Shown: one piece after another, positions 43,376-54,643 of the stretch | Numbering within the stretch: position 1 is the first letter of the stretch | Layout of the letters: each line of letters begins with the position of its first letter | Source of the DNA: an uncultured Chroococcidiopsis sp. | GTDB taxonomy: Bacteria; Cyanobacteriota; Cyanobacteriia; Cyanobacteriales; Chroococcidiopsidaceae | DNA length: 64,000 nt | Reading direction: 5' to 3' | Assembly (NCBI GenBank): GCA_964248365.1 | Contig: CAXTYC010000011.1 | Location: 69,322 to 133,321, forward strand | Translations under genes and position numbers: made by a program | The notes under the pieces: generated by a model | What the model was told of the DNA's origin: nothing | Databases searched by the model: none | The model's input: only the letters and a program-made list of their open reading frames with translations

Positions 43376-44038
43376 TTACATTGCTTTTTGGTGGGATCGC
43401 AATTTCCGTTGCAACATTAAACCAGTACCAAAAGCCCCAAATACTAACACACCTAAAGTAGAAGTGGGACTGGGAACGGCTGCTGCCTTGTTCGGACTTA
43501 GAGGTTCTCCCTCTACAATTACAGTTGCATCAAAAGATTCATCAGTCCAATTGCCATCACCATTGGGATTGATGCCAGGACTATTGAGCGTAAATGAATT
43601 AATGCGCATACTTATACTGTCAATTTTATGCCCAGCTAAGTCAGGATTACCACCAAATAAATTACCGCTGGCTCCTAAAGCACCTCCTGAGTTCCCCGAA
43701 GCACTTGAACCCATTGTCAACTGCATTGCGTCGGGTTTTCCATCAGTCAAGAAGCTAACGAACTGATTAAAGTTAGTATCTGTATCGGCGGTGACAGTAA
43801 AAGTGCGCCCAACGTCGGCAGGAGTAACTCTCAGACCGTTAAATAGAGGTGCATTTGATGGGTATCTGTCTGATTCTGAACCGATGGTTAACGTTAATTG
43901 ATAGTCCTTAAATATACCAGAATCTCCTCCAGAATTGGAAAATTCTTGTGTACCTAGTACTGCTGCTTGCGTTGCTCCTCCTGAGCTTAGGGTGAGCAGT
44001 ACTGAACCAAATACAACGGCTAATAGATTTTTCTTCAT
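43376..44038 (-). CDS. Secreted protein with PEP-CTERM-like sorting tail
   Basis: Signal peptide MKKNLLAVVFGSVLLTL...AA; C-terminal VPSPTSTLGVLVFGAFGTGLMLQRKLR (VPxP, TM, basic cluster). Confidence 0.75.
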   Translation of the reverse strand: MKKNLLAVVFGSVLLTLSSGGATQAAVLGTQEFSNSGGDSGIFKDYQLTLTIGSESDRYPSNAPLFNGLRVTPADVGRTFTVTADTDTNFNQFVSFLTDGKPDAMQLTMGSSASGNSGGALGASGNLFGGNPDLAGHKIDSISMRINSFTLNSPGINPNGDGNWTDESFDATVIVEGEPLSPNKAAAVPSPTSTLGVLVFGAFGTGLMLQRKLRSHQKAM

Positions 44039-44397
44039 ATGTACTAAAATTTCCAACCTCACACACTCTTATTATCTATATACACATAGCCATTAGCTGT
44101 TTACGGAAAACTAGAATAAAAATATAAAAAATTAGGATGGCAAGTTGGTAGGGACTGTTTCACTGGTAGTTGGTAGTTGGTAGTTGGTAACTGATAACTG
44201 ATAACTGGTAACTGGTAACTGTCAATGGTAATGCAAACGATATTTACGCTCCACGACTGGCTTGCTATGAGAAAATACTTCTGTTGCAAACTTCTGTTTA
44301 TAGATATAAATTTCTAAGCTAAAGCTTGTGCGATAACTACGCTCACAAGGGCGCTTACGCAGCTTAATTTAACCTAGGTGAATATAAAGAGTGAACT

Positions 44398-44781
44398 ATG
44401 AGATGTGTAACTCCAATCACAGATAGCCAGTTTGAAACCCACGTACTCAAAGCCAATCAACCTGTATTGGTTTACTTTTGGGCTTCTTGGTGTGGTCCTT
44501 GTCGATTGATGTCGCCATTGATAGATCAGGTGGCTGAAAATTACAGCGATCGCCTCAAGGTAGTTAAAATGGAAGTCGATCCTAACCCCGCCACTGTCAA
44601 GTTGTACAAAGTCGAAGGTGTCCCAGCATTAAGGCTGTTTCAAGGCACACAAGTACTAGCCTCATCCGAAGGAGCGATCGGCAAACAACAGTTAGCCAGC
44701 TTCCTAGATACTCATTTAGAGGGGCTAGGGGCAGAGGGGCAAGGGGCGCAAGGGGCAGAGGGGCAGAGGGGAAATTACTAA
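44398..44781 (+). CDS. Thioredoxin family protein
   Basis: VLVYFWASWCGPC, VEGVP; the last ~19 residues come from repeat DNA. Confidence 0.92.
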   Translation: MRCVTPITDSQFETHVLKANQPVLVYFWASWCGPCRLMSPLIDQVAENYSDRLKVVKMEVDPNPATVKLYKVEGVPALRLFQGTQVLASSEGAIGKQQLASFLDTHLEGLGAEGQGAQGAEGQRGNY

Positions 44782-44876
44782 TTTCGAATGTCGAATTTCC
44801 TTTACCCTTTATCCTTTTCCCTTTCCCCTTGCCCTTCCCCAGCCCCTAGCCCCTAGCCCCTAGTCCCTTCAATAGT

Positions 44877-46139
44877 ATGCAGTTTGCTAATCGTTTAGAG
44901 TTCTTACAATCTAATGTGTTTGCCGACATGGATCGAGCTAAGGCTGATGCAATAGCAGCAGGGCAGAACTTGATTGATCTGTCGTTGGGTTCGTCTGACT
45001 TATCAGCCGCACCGCACGTAATCGAAGCGATCGCCACTTCGCTGCACGATCCTAGTACTCACGGTTATTTGCTGTATCACGGTACATCAGCTTTTCGCTG
45101 CGCCGCTGCATCTTGGTATACGCAAAAATTCGGCATCCCTATCGCTCCTCAAACTGAAGTACTATCTCTAATTGGTTCTCAAGAAGGTACAGCCCATTTA
45201 CCTTTAGCCGTACTAAATCCAGGGGATTTCGCCTTATTGCTCGATCCTGGCTATCCTTCCCATGCAGGCGGTGTTTATTTAGCGGGGGGGCAAATTTACC
45301 CAATGCCACTACGGGAAGAAAACGGCTTTTTGCCCGTTCTAGAAGAAATTCCAACCCCAGTTTTAGCACAGTCGCGCATGATGGTGTTGAGTTATCCTCA
45401 TAATCCCACAGCAGCGATCGCGCCTTTATCTTTCTTCCAACAAGCCGTTACCTTTTGCCAAAAACACAATTTGGTTTTAGTTCACGACTTCCCCTATGTT
45501 GACTTGGTATTTGAGGAGACAAGGGAAGACAGAGCTGAGGAAGCTGAGGGAGAGTCGGGAGCTGGGGGAGAAATTCTAATCGAAAATCCAAAATCTAAAA
45601 TCCAAAATGCCCTTGCTCCTTCAATTTTGCAAGCCGATCCCGATAAAAGCGTTTCAATTGAGTTTTTTACCCTTTCCAAGTCTTATAACATGGGGGGTTT
45701 CCGTGTTGGCTATGCGATTGGTAATGCAGATCTAATTCGTGCTTTGCGACAGGTGAAAGCTGCGGTTGATTTTAACCAGTACCGAGGGATTTTAAATGGT
45801 GCGATCGCTGCCCTAACTGGTTCGCAAACAGGTATCACAACTATGGTTGATACATTCAGAACAAGACGAGACGCATTTATTAACGCTTTGCATCGCATCG
45901 GCTGGCAGGTTCCTACCCCAAAAGCGACAATGTATGTCTGGGCAAAATTACCTGCACCCTGGGCTGAAGATTCTGTTCGATTTTGTACCGATTTAGTGAA
46001 AACAACAGGAGTTGCCGCTTCCCCTGGATCTGGGTTTGGTAAATCCGGTGAAGGATACGTCCGTTTTGCATTAGTGCATAATCCAGAGACTTTGTCAATC
46101 GCCGTTGACCGAATTTCACAATTTTTACATTCCACCTAA
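44877..46139 (+). CDS. Class I/II PLP-dependent aminotransferase (LL-diaminopimelate aminotransferase-like)
   Basis: LIGSQEG, DPGYP, SYPHNPT, HDFPY, TLSKSYNMGGFRVG, PGSGFG..GEGYVR; repeat-derived insert at about 45514-45608. Confidence 0.88.
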   Translation: MQFANRLEFLQSNVFADMDRAKADAIAAGQNLIDLSLGSSDLSAAPHVIEAIATSLHDPSTHGYLLYHGTSAFRCAAASWYTQKFGIPIAPQTEVLSLIGSQEGTAHLPLAVLNPGDFALLLDPGYPSHAGGVYLAGGQIYPMPLREENGFLPVLEEIPTPVLAQSRMMVLSYPHNPTAAIAPLSFFQQAVTFCQKHNLVLVHDFPYVDLVFEETREDRAEEAEGESGAGGEILIENPKSKIQNALAPSILQADPDKSVSIEFFTLSKSYNMGGFRVGYAIGNADLIRALRQVKAAVDFNQYRGILNGAIAALTGSQTGITTMVDTFRTRRDAFINALHRIGWQVPTPKATMYVWAKLPAPWAEDSVRFCTDLVKTTGVAASPGSGFGKSGEGYVRFALVHNPETLSIAVDRISQFLHST

Positions 46140-46507
46140 ACCCAAAGGTAAAAATTACACAACTAGGAGCAATTATCAATGAACAATGAACAATTGATAA
46201 TTGCTCCCCTGCTCCCTTGCCCCCCTGCTCCCCTGCCCCCTGCTGTCACCAGATGAGAATTTAACCGGAGACGAGATGTAGCTCTTTTGAAATTAATCTA
46301 GACAATCATTTCTATGAAGTTATACTAACGAATAGCCGTAACAAGCAAGCTCAGTTGCAAAATTATTTTATCCCTTTGGGTTTAGTTCAACCTCGTTAAC
46401 AATAATCAGTAGCAAATAACACTTCAAGTGTCTTTTAGATCTGACAACGTTAACTAGTAGTACGAGTAGTAGTTATTTAATTTATTCAACTAAGCGTAGG
46501 TGCCGTT

Positions 46508-46888
46508 TTGTCGGCTAACCCAATCTCTAGAAGAATATTACTTGTTGAAGATAATTATCTAAATCGGCAGATGCTGGAAGATTATCTAGTTTTCTGTGGA
46601 TACCAGGTTCTTAGCTTAGAATCTGGAAGCGGCTTTTTTCAGGCTTTAGCTGATTTCCAGCCTGATTTAGTTTTGCTAGATCTCAAGTTACCTGATATCG
46701 ATGGCTACACTTTACTCGAACAAATTAGACTTATACCACAGTACCGAGTCATTCCTGTGATTGTCGTCTCCGCATTTGCTTTTAAAGCAGATCAACAACG
46801 GGCTTTAAGCTTAGGAGCAAAGCGTTATTTAGTTAAGCCAGTAAGTCTGAAGGATTTAAGACAAGCTATTGAAGAAGAGTTGCTGTAA
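46508..46888 (+). CDS. Single-domain response regulator (DivK/CheY-like)
   Basis: ILLVEDN, PDLVLLDLKLPDIDG, IVVSA, LVKP. Confidence 0.92.
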   Translation: MSANPISRRILLVEDNYLNRQMLEDYLVFCGYQVLSLESGSGFFQALADFQPDLVLLDLKLPDIDGYTLLEQIRLIPQYRVIPVIVVSAFAFKADQQRALSLGAKRYLVKPVSLKDLRQAIEEELL

Positions 46889-46894
46889 TTGTAG

Positions 46895-47092
46895 TTAACT
46901 TGGCTCGTTTGATTGATCCTGTTGTTGTTGAATCACAAATTCTTCTACTGTCTGGCTGAGATTTTGCAAATCTCGACCAATAACTGTAATCCGATTTTCT
47001 AGTTGCGCCAGTAATAGAACTGCTGTTTGTAGTTGGTTGAGTGTTTCGTCAATGCCGTTGCGGTACTGAATTTCAAACTCTTGTATGTTCAT
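46895..47092 (-). CDS. Small coiled-coil hypothetical protein
   Basis: ATG-started 65-aa ORF with heptad pattern, convergent on the response regulator. Confidence 0.55.
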   Translation of the reverse strand: MNIQEFEIQYRNGIDETLNQLQTAVLLLAQLENRITVIGRDLQNLSQTVEEFVIQQQQDQSNEPS

Positions 47093-47485
47093 AAGCTTAA
47101 GCTACTGCGTCAGACAGCTTTCAGAAAAATATTTATTGGGCTTCTATAACTAATGTAAACTTTGCTAACGCCTAATCATTCTTATCTGGTATAGTTTCAT
47201 CCTTTAAAGCAAAAATTTCACTCTTGCTTTACACAGGATGTATAATTAAGCACTCGTAAGAACAAAAGACCAAGTAATTATACTAAAATAGAAGAGTAAG
47301 CATTCGATGCCGAAGCGCAGCTTAAATCATAAGCTCTGTAAAATGAGTTTTACACAAGTAGAGGCGCGAATCCTTAGCGAAGCAATGTGGGTAAATAGTA
47401 ATGTCGCTTGGCATCGAGATAGGCACAATCTGTGCCAAGGCAAAAGTATTTAAATAAAAGCACACCCGATTAATAGTGTTTTGGT

Positions 47486-49405
47486 ATGACAGATACACAG
47501 GCGCGGTTAGAGGCATTTTCATCCCAGACGACACCAGCGACCAAAATACTACCACTGGTGAAAGATCCCCTACGCCTAGAAAGCCGCTTAAAAGAAATTC
47601 CCCCAGAACCGGGAGTTTATTTCATGCGTGATGCCAACGATCGCATTATATATATTGGCAAATCTCGCCGACTGCGATCGCGTGTCCGTTCCTATTTCCG
47701 TGACTCTCAAAAACTCTCAGAACGCATCGCCCTGATGGTGCGCTCGGTAGCAGAAATTGAGTTCATCGTTACAGATACCGAAGCAGAAGCCCTAGCCCTA
47801 GAAGCAAATTTGATCAAGCAGCACCAGCCTTACTTCAATGTGCTGCTCAAAGACGACAAAAAATATCCCTACGTTTGTATTACCTGGTCAGAAGACTATC
47901 CCCGCATCTTCATCACTCGTAATCGGCGCTTGGGCAAAAAAGAAGACAAATTTTATGGACCTTATACCGATAGCGGACTGCTGCGAAGTATTTTACGGAT
48001 AGCTAAGCGGATCTTTGCCCTGCGACAAAGACCTCAACCGCTATTCAAAGACCGCCCTTGTCTCAACTATGATTTAGGGCGTTGTCCAGGTGTATGCCAA
48101 AAAATGATTTCCCCAGAAGAGTACCGCAAGACAGTACAAAAAGTAGCAATGGTATTCCAAGGGCGAACCCAGGAATTAATTGACATCCTGACAGAGCAGA
48201 TGCAAGCTAGCGCTGAGGCTTTGAACTTTGAGTCAGCAGCCAGAATACGCGATCAAATTGCTGGTTTGAAGTCGTTGACAGCACAGCAGAAGGTGTCTTT
48301 ACCCGATGATACAGTATCACGGGATGCGATCGCCTTGGCAGCAGATCAGCAACACGCTTGTGTTCAACTATTTCAAATTCGGGCAGGACAACTGGTGGGA
48401 AGATTGGGATTTGTGGCTGATAACCATGCCGAACCAGGAGCAATTTTACAACGAGTATTAGAGGAACATTATCAAACAGCTGAATCTGTAGAAATTCCCA
48501 GCGAGATTTTGGTACAGCATGAGTTACCAGACGGGGAGATGTTGGCGGCGGCTTTGAGTCAGCGTAAGGGGCGCAAAGTGACAATTTTAGCTCCCCAGCG
48601 GATGGCGAAAGCCGAACTGATTGAGATGGTGGAACGCAATGCAGAATACGAACTGACGCGAACGCAACGCTTGAATGATCGTAATACACAAGCGATGGAG
48701 GATTTAGCCGCAATTCTCGACTTGCCAGAATTACCACACCGAATTGAAGGCTATGACATATCTCACATCCAAGGGTCGAATGCTGTGGCTTCCCAGGTAG
48801 TTTTCATTGATGGCTTACCTGCTAAACAGCACTATCGCCACTACAAGATTAAGAATCCCACCGTTACTAGTGGTCACTCAGATGACTTTGCGAGTCTAGC
48901 TGAAGTAATTCGCCGTCGCTTTCGTAAATATGGAGAAGATCCGCAATTGCAACGAGAGGGAAATTCTGATTTCCCAGATATAGTAATGATTGACGGTGGA
49001 AAGGGTCAACTATCTTCTGTCGTTGAAGTTTTGCAAGAGATGAATTTAATGGATGACTTACGGGTAGTTAGCCTTGCTAAGCAGCGTGAGGAAATATTCT
49101 TGCCTGGAGAGTCGCAGCCATTAGATACACAGGCAGAACAACCAGGTGTACAATTACTCAGGCGACTTAGAGATGAGGCACATCGATTTGCTGTGAGTTT
49201 CCATCGACAACAGCGTAGTGATAAATTGAGGCGATCGCGCTTAGACGAAATTCCAGGTTTGGGCTACCACCGCCAAAAACAATTACTTGCTCATTTTCGC
49301 TCGATTGATTACATTCGCCAAGCCAGTACTGAGCAACTAGCTGAAGTTTCAGGAATTGGTTCCCATTTGGCTGAGGAAATCTACAACTATTTTCATCCTG
49401 CTTGA
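47486..49405 (+). CDS. uvrC: Excinuclease ABC subunit C
   Basis: PGVY...IIYIGKS GIY-YIG domain, [32 protein letters not shown]-terminal HhH. Confidence 0.97.
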   Translation: MTDTQARLEAFSSQTTPATKILPLVKDPLRLESRLKEIPPEPGVYFMRDANDRIIYIGKSRRLRSRVRSYFRDSQKLSERIALMVRSVAEIEFIVTDTEAEALALEANLIKQHQPYFNVLLKDDKKYPYVCITWSEDYPRIFITRNRRLGKKEDKFYGPYTDSGLLRSILRIAKRIFALRQRPQPLFKDRPCLNYDLGRCPGVCQKMISPEEYRKTVQKVAMVFQGRTQELIDILTEQMQASAEALNFESAARIRDQIAGLKSLTAQQKVSLPDDTVSRDAIALAADQQHACVQLFQIRAGQLVGRLGFVADNHAEPGAILQRVLEEHYQTAESVEIPSEILVQHELPDGEMLAAALSQRKGRKVTILAPQRMAKAELIEMVERNAEYELTRTQRLNDRNTQAMEDLAAILDLPELPHRIEGYDISHIQGSNAVASQVVFIDGLPAKQHYRHYKIKNPTVTSGHSDDFASLAEVIRRRFRKYGEDPQLQREGNSDFPDIVMIDGGKGQLSSVVEVLQEMNLMDDLRVVSLAKQREEIFLPGESQPLDTQAEQPGVQLLRRLRDEAHRFAVSFHRQQRSDKLRRSRLDEIPGLGYHRQKQLLAHFRSIDYIRQASTEQLAEVSGIGSHLAEEIYNYFHPA

Positions 49406-49450
49406 GGTATATTTCCATGTAATTTCACTCACATAACCCGCTAAAAATTG

Positions 49451-49485
49451 CCAATGCTGATTAGCAGAAGAATCAGCATTTTTTG
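49451..49485 (+). terminator. Probable intrinsic terminator after uvrC
   Basis: AATGCTGATT-agcagaag-AATCAGCATT followed by a T run. Confidence 0.55.
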
Positions 49486-50143
49486 TAAATATTTTTTAAG
49501 AATTATCAGTGCTTAGAGACAATCTAACTTCGGACAGAATCGTAATCTTAAGTAAATATTAAAACTTGATAGGATAACGGCTCAAAGAAAGTCAATTATT
49601 CTTTGGACTAAGCACTTGTATAACGCTTAGCTCTCAAACTTAACACTCGCTAGGTAGCATTTAAAGGCACGGCAATTCTGTTTTACCCACTACAAATAAA
49701 AGAAATCACTATGGGGATCACGGCAATCACAAGTAAGAGCAACAGGAAAATTACAGATTTTCTACCGAAAGTTCTATTGCAGCTAAGTCGAAATATTGAG
49801 AAGATTAATCAAGAGCATCAAAAAGGTTAAACTATGATTTCCTAAGTGTAAACAAGAGTTACGTCTCGATAGTTGGCGATCGTAACTGCATATTCTGTTC
49901 AATTTTCCCTTTAAATTTTCTTTTTTCTTTAGAATTGATAAACACAAAAGGTTTGTAAAATGCAAATCAAACAAAATATCCGGTGTCCCAATTGCGGTAA
50001 TGAAGCTGAACGGTATTATCTTTTAAACAGTCAGCTAACTAGGACACAATGCCCCACCTGCGACTACCTAATGGTAATGTGTTCTCGCACAGGCAAAGTC
50101 GTAGAGGCATATGCTCCGGGTGTCTATTTTCAAACTCCTAAGA

Positions 50144-51298
<1,155 letters not shown>

Positions 51299-51361
51299 AG
51301 AAAGATAACTATAAGAGATTAAGCGCACATATATGACGTTAGCTTAATTTCGCTCTTAATG

Positions 51362-51384
51362 AAGGTGGGCAATGCCCACCCTAC
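51362..51384 (-). repeat. GTAG-type REP-like palindrome
   Basis: AAGGTGGGCAATGCCCACCCTAC, identical to 52181-52203. Confidence 0.8.
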
Positions 51385-51405
51385 TGAAAGAATGCAGGCT
51401 TGCCA

Positions 51406-51855
51406 TTAGGGTATCTCTGGCATATCCCTTCCAGTGCAAAGGGCTTCAATGGCATCAACTCCAGAGTTACCAACATGAATCAGCGTATCGTCGTAGCCTG
51501 CAAATACCCTACCATCCGAATCCATTACTAAAGTCATGTGATAGCTGAAAGCCTCCCCAATTACACACACCGGAGCGCCTACCCGCTCACTGTAGTCTTC
51601 AACTCTTTCTGGATAGATATGTGAGGCAGCAACCGATGGATTGATGCAAAATTCGTCCTTTTCTTCCTTAAGGCGGTGATGTGGGTGTACGACGAGCAAA
51701 CCCCCAAACTGCCTTAGAAAGTCCATTACAACTACATGAATAGGATACCCTTCTGACTTCAAGCTCTTCTCGTATTCGCTTGTATCCACATAGCGGTCTT
51801 CGCTCCATCCTGCTTGCTTAAGTAAAGCAATGGTCGCTGCTGAAAATGTTGCCAT
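51406..51855 (-). CDS. SUKH-3 family immunity protein
   Basis: LL.QAGW...R, FL.QFGGL, VIGE, LVMDSDGRVF, G....AIEAL..G pattern. Confidence 0.8.
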   Translation of the reverse strand: MATFSAATIALLKQAGWSEDRYVDTSEYEKSLKSEGYPIHVVVMDFLRQFGGLLVVHPHHRLKEEKDEFCINPSVAASHIYPERVEDYSERVGAPVCVIGEAFSYHMTLVMDSDGRVFAGYDDTLIHVGNSGVDAIEALCTGRDMPEIP

Positions 51856-51926
51856 TAGTAGTTCTTCCTTGACTGACTACTGGGCGTAGTTGTCGCAACA
51901 TCTACTAGAGAACGCCAGTTTGAGAT

Positions 51927-52118
51927 TTACTTGTTCAGCAATTTATGCACACACTTCATCCAATCATCCCAGGCGGCTGGGTCAGCCGTTGATCCATCCT
52001 CAAGTAATATCAAATCACTAAGTAACCCTCCAACATCATCAGAATTAGTGCGCTCATAAAAACCTTCTAGAAATAGAACCATTGCTTTAAATGCCTGTTT
52101 TTCTGTTAATTTCTCCAT
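51927..52118 (-). CDS. Small acidic putative immunity protein
   Basis: LT..QAF.AM..FLE.FY......D...LL.....TADPAAW.DW pattern; position in an immunity array. Confidence 0.65.
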   Translation of the reverse strand: MEKLTEKQAFKAMVLFLEGFYERTNSDDVGGLLSDLILLEDGSTADPAAWDDWMKCVHKLLNK

Positions 52119-52180
52119 CTTTACTTCCCCTTATTTCCATCTTTAGTTTTTACTGTCGAGATGGGTCGTTGAGTGAAAAA

Positions 52181-52203
52181 AAGGTGGGCAATGCCCACCC
52201 TAC
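52181..52203 (-). repeat. GTAG-type REP-like palindrome
   Basis: AAGGTGGGCAATGCCCACCCTAC, identical to 51362-51384. Confidence 0.8.
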
Positions 52204-52222
52204 GAAAACTTAGCTGTGTTCT

Positions 52223-52741
52223 CTATTTGTTGAGAGCGGTATAATTGGAATACCAAGAAATATAAGATTCAACTACTTTTTTGTATGTTCCTGGTTTCAA
52301 CCTAACTTCCTTAGCAGACTTAGTTGTATAATCTCGCCAAATAAATCTTTCTCCTTCATCATCTTCTAAAAGAAAAGCCATTTCTCCATCAAAAGCTTCA
52401 GAAAAATCTAGACCTATAAAAAATCTTCTGTATTTTTCTTCTAATTCAGATAGCTCTGATAAAGAATAGCTATTGTCACCGTAAAGAGCAGAGTCTAGAA
52501 ATTCTACAACTTGTGTAGCACTCATTGCCATTAAAGCTACGTCCTTCCGTTTTCCACAATACTTTAAGGAGCTATAGAAAGCTTGTACAGGAATACCTAG
52601 CATTACTGTAATAGAAAAATTTCCTATTCTATCTCCTCCAGCCCACATGGCTATATGCCCAAATACATATTTTGGAGGATCGCTTTCTCGCCTATCTAAA
52701 ATACACTCTATGCCAAACTCTTCTTTATCTCCAAACATCAT
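52223..52741 (-). CDS. Putative cognate immunity protein (Imm42-like)
   Basis: MMFGDKEEFGIE...FGHIAMWAGG.RIG...EAFDG pattern; start overlaps the toxin stop (ATGA). Confidence 0.7.
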   Translation of the reverse strand: MMFGDKEEFGIECILDRRESDPPKYVFGHIAMWAGGDRIGNFSITVMLGIPVQAFYSSLKYCGKRKDVALMAMSATQVVEFLDSALYGDNSYSLSELSELEEKYRRFFIGLDFSEAFDGEMAFLLEDDEGERFIWRDYTTKSAKEVRLKPGTYKKVVESYISWYSNYTALNK

Positions 52742-54279
52742 TTCTGACTACCTCTTGCCCTATCGCTATCTATACTCTCAAATCTCTTTCGGATGTAATT
52801 AGGAACTTTTAAACCACGTTCAGAGTTTTCGCGTCCGTTCCAATGCACTTTGCCATTTTGACCTTTATATCGATAGAATTCCCCTTGAGCATTTCTGCCC
52901 CACCATGATTCCCCATCTTTTGTAGGAATTGCGTTTTTATAGACTTCTTCTGCGTCATCAGGCAATTTCGTAGTTTTAGAGCCACCACCTCGAAAATTAG
53001 GAGATGATGGATCGTGCTGCCCTGGATTTTCATATTCTGGTTTAGAACCATGATATGCTCCTTCTTTTCTTTGACGTTTTTGTTCATTACGTTCAACCCT
53101 GCTTGAGGTTTTACCCGCTCTCGATGTCTCACCCTGTGTTGACTTACTCGATGAAGAATCTGGGGAGTTGTTGTTAGCAGGATTGGATGCATCTGGTGTG
53201 CTAGGTGGGTCGCTATTAGCTTGAGGTGGTAATGCTGGACTAGGTTCAGGACTGGGTGAGGGTTCTGGCGATGGCGACGGTGGAGAAGTAGGTAAAGGCT
53301 CTGGTGATGGAAAAATTGATGGAGGAGGTGGGGGTGAGGGTGGACTACCAGGAAGAGTCAAAGGTCCTGGCACTACTCTAGTCTTACTCTCATCTTCAAG
53401 AGTATTTGGATCGTCTTTGGGTTGCCCTGGAATAATAATTGGGTTATCGTTAATTTTCTCCCCAGGATTTACCCCAACTCCTGGTGGCATCGACTTAGTT
53501 ACTTCTTGAAAGTCAGGCTGATTTAATAGCTCTAAGGCTTGCTCCTGCTTTTGTGGGGGCCACTGTTCCCAAGGTAATGGGGGTGGATTGCCGTAAATGT
53601 CTGGTTGCTGGTATAAAGGAGTTAAACTGATAAATTTAAAACTATAATCATCTGACCCATAGTAACGGGTATTTGTGTACTCAAAAAAACAACGCAATCC
53701 ATACTTATCTATTACTCCATAACACATTCTTGGGTAATTCCCATCCATACCCAGCTGACGCAATACGTCAACCGCATGAATTGGACCAGTTACTAAATCA
53801 TTTGACCCTCCAGGTTCATGAAAACCATAATGAGTCGTAAAAGTTGTGTGAGGATACCAAGTGTGATTTCGATTTGTTGTCCAAACCTCAAAGGTAATGT
53901 CGTAAAAAATATTGTCGCCTTGCCCTCCTTGAAAGGGAACACAAACTACATCATTTGGATAAGTCAAACAATATTTTTGTCTGGCTTTTTCGTGAAGAAG
54001 TTGCTTGTGAGTTTCATCAAAATAATGTACAGTAGCAGCACCAGTTGAGCCAGCACCAATTAGAAGTACCGCCGCACATTTAGGATCTCTAAAACAAGCG
54101 CCTAATGAAGATAATGCAGGTACAGGTGCAATAGGTGTTGGTGTAGATGGTGGGGGTGTAATTAGTTGTGCATAAGCAGGTTTAGGAAAACTCCCCTTGA
54201 GGAGAAAAAGTAGAAGGAACGTCCAAAGTCCTAATAATTTAGATATATACTTACGTGTCAAGACAGGTTTTTGCATCAA
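52738..54279 (-). CDS. Putative secreted polymorphic toxin (signal peptide, unrecognised N-terminal domain, Pro/Ser linker, nuclease-like C-terminal tip)
   Basis: Signal ending AYA-Q; PSP repeats; basic ~110-aa tip with PGQHDP...LPDDAEEVY..AIP...WWG....GEFYRY...NG.VHWNG; translationally coupled to an immunity-like gene. Confidence 0.75.
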   Translation of the reverse strand: MMQKPVLTRKYISKLLGLWTFLLLFLLKGSFPKPAYAQLITPPPSTPTPIAPVPALSSLGACFRDPKCAAVLLIGAGSTGAATVHYFDETHKQLLHEKARQKYCLTYPNDVVCVPFQGGQGDNIFYDITFEVWTTNRNHTWYPHTTFTTHYGFHEPGGSNDLVTGPIHAVDVLRQLGMDGNYPRMCYGVIDKYGLRCFFEYTNTRYYGSDDYSFKFISLTPLYQQPDIYGNPPPLPWEQWPPQKQEQALELLNQPDFQEVTKSMPPGVGVNPGEKINDNPIIIPGQPKDDPNTLEDESKTRVVPGPLTLPGSPPSPPPPPSIFPSPEPLPTSPPSPSPEPSPSPEPSPALPPQANSDPPSTPDASNPANNNSPDSSSSKSTQGETSRAGKTSSRVERNEQKRQRKEGAYHGSKPEYENPGQHDPSSPNFRGGGSKTTKLPDDAEEVYKNAIPTKDGESWWGRNAQGEFYRYKGQNGKVHWNGRENSERGLKVPNYIRKRFESIDSDRARGSQK

Positions 54280-54643
54280 TCCTTACAGTTTAGCTAAGTG
54301 AATTCTCTATCTAATGTGTCTGAACAATTAGGAAATTAGGTAATAAGACTGTGAGGATTTGGTAGCAAGCTGCAAAGTTTAAATAAAGTCTGCGTAGTTT
54401 CACTTAATACAGTGAAACCTGAATCTCAAAATCAAGGATCGGGGCTTTGATTGATATCTACTAGACTTTTGGCGTGAATACTATAGATAAGCAGTCTTTT
54501 TTGCCAAACAAACTGCAATGTGTATTTAGAATTAGCTCTAAGACGTAATATTAATCCTGTAGCTGCTCGATAGGCAGGCAAGCAATTGAGTAGCGATCGC
54601 TTACTCTATCACGCTACAATCCCAATTTTGAGCCGAAAGAAGA

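Noticed and set aside
44140..44225. Tandem repeats here and at 36050-36100, 43245-43280 and 61000-61290 considered as CRISPR arrays
   Set aside because: They are 7-nt STRR-type tandem repeats with no unique spacers, and there are no cas genes.
52809..53192. 127-aa alternative-frame ORF inside the toxin tip
   Set aside because: Same strand, different frame, no recognisable motifs; the main frame carries the coherent domain and the coupling to immunity.
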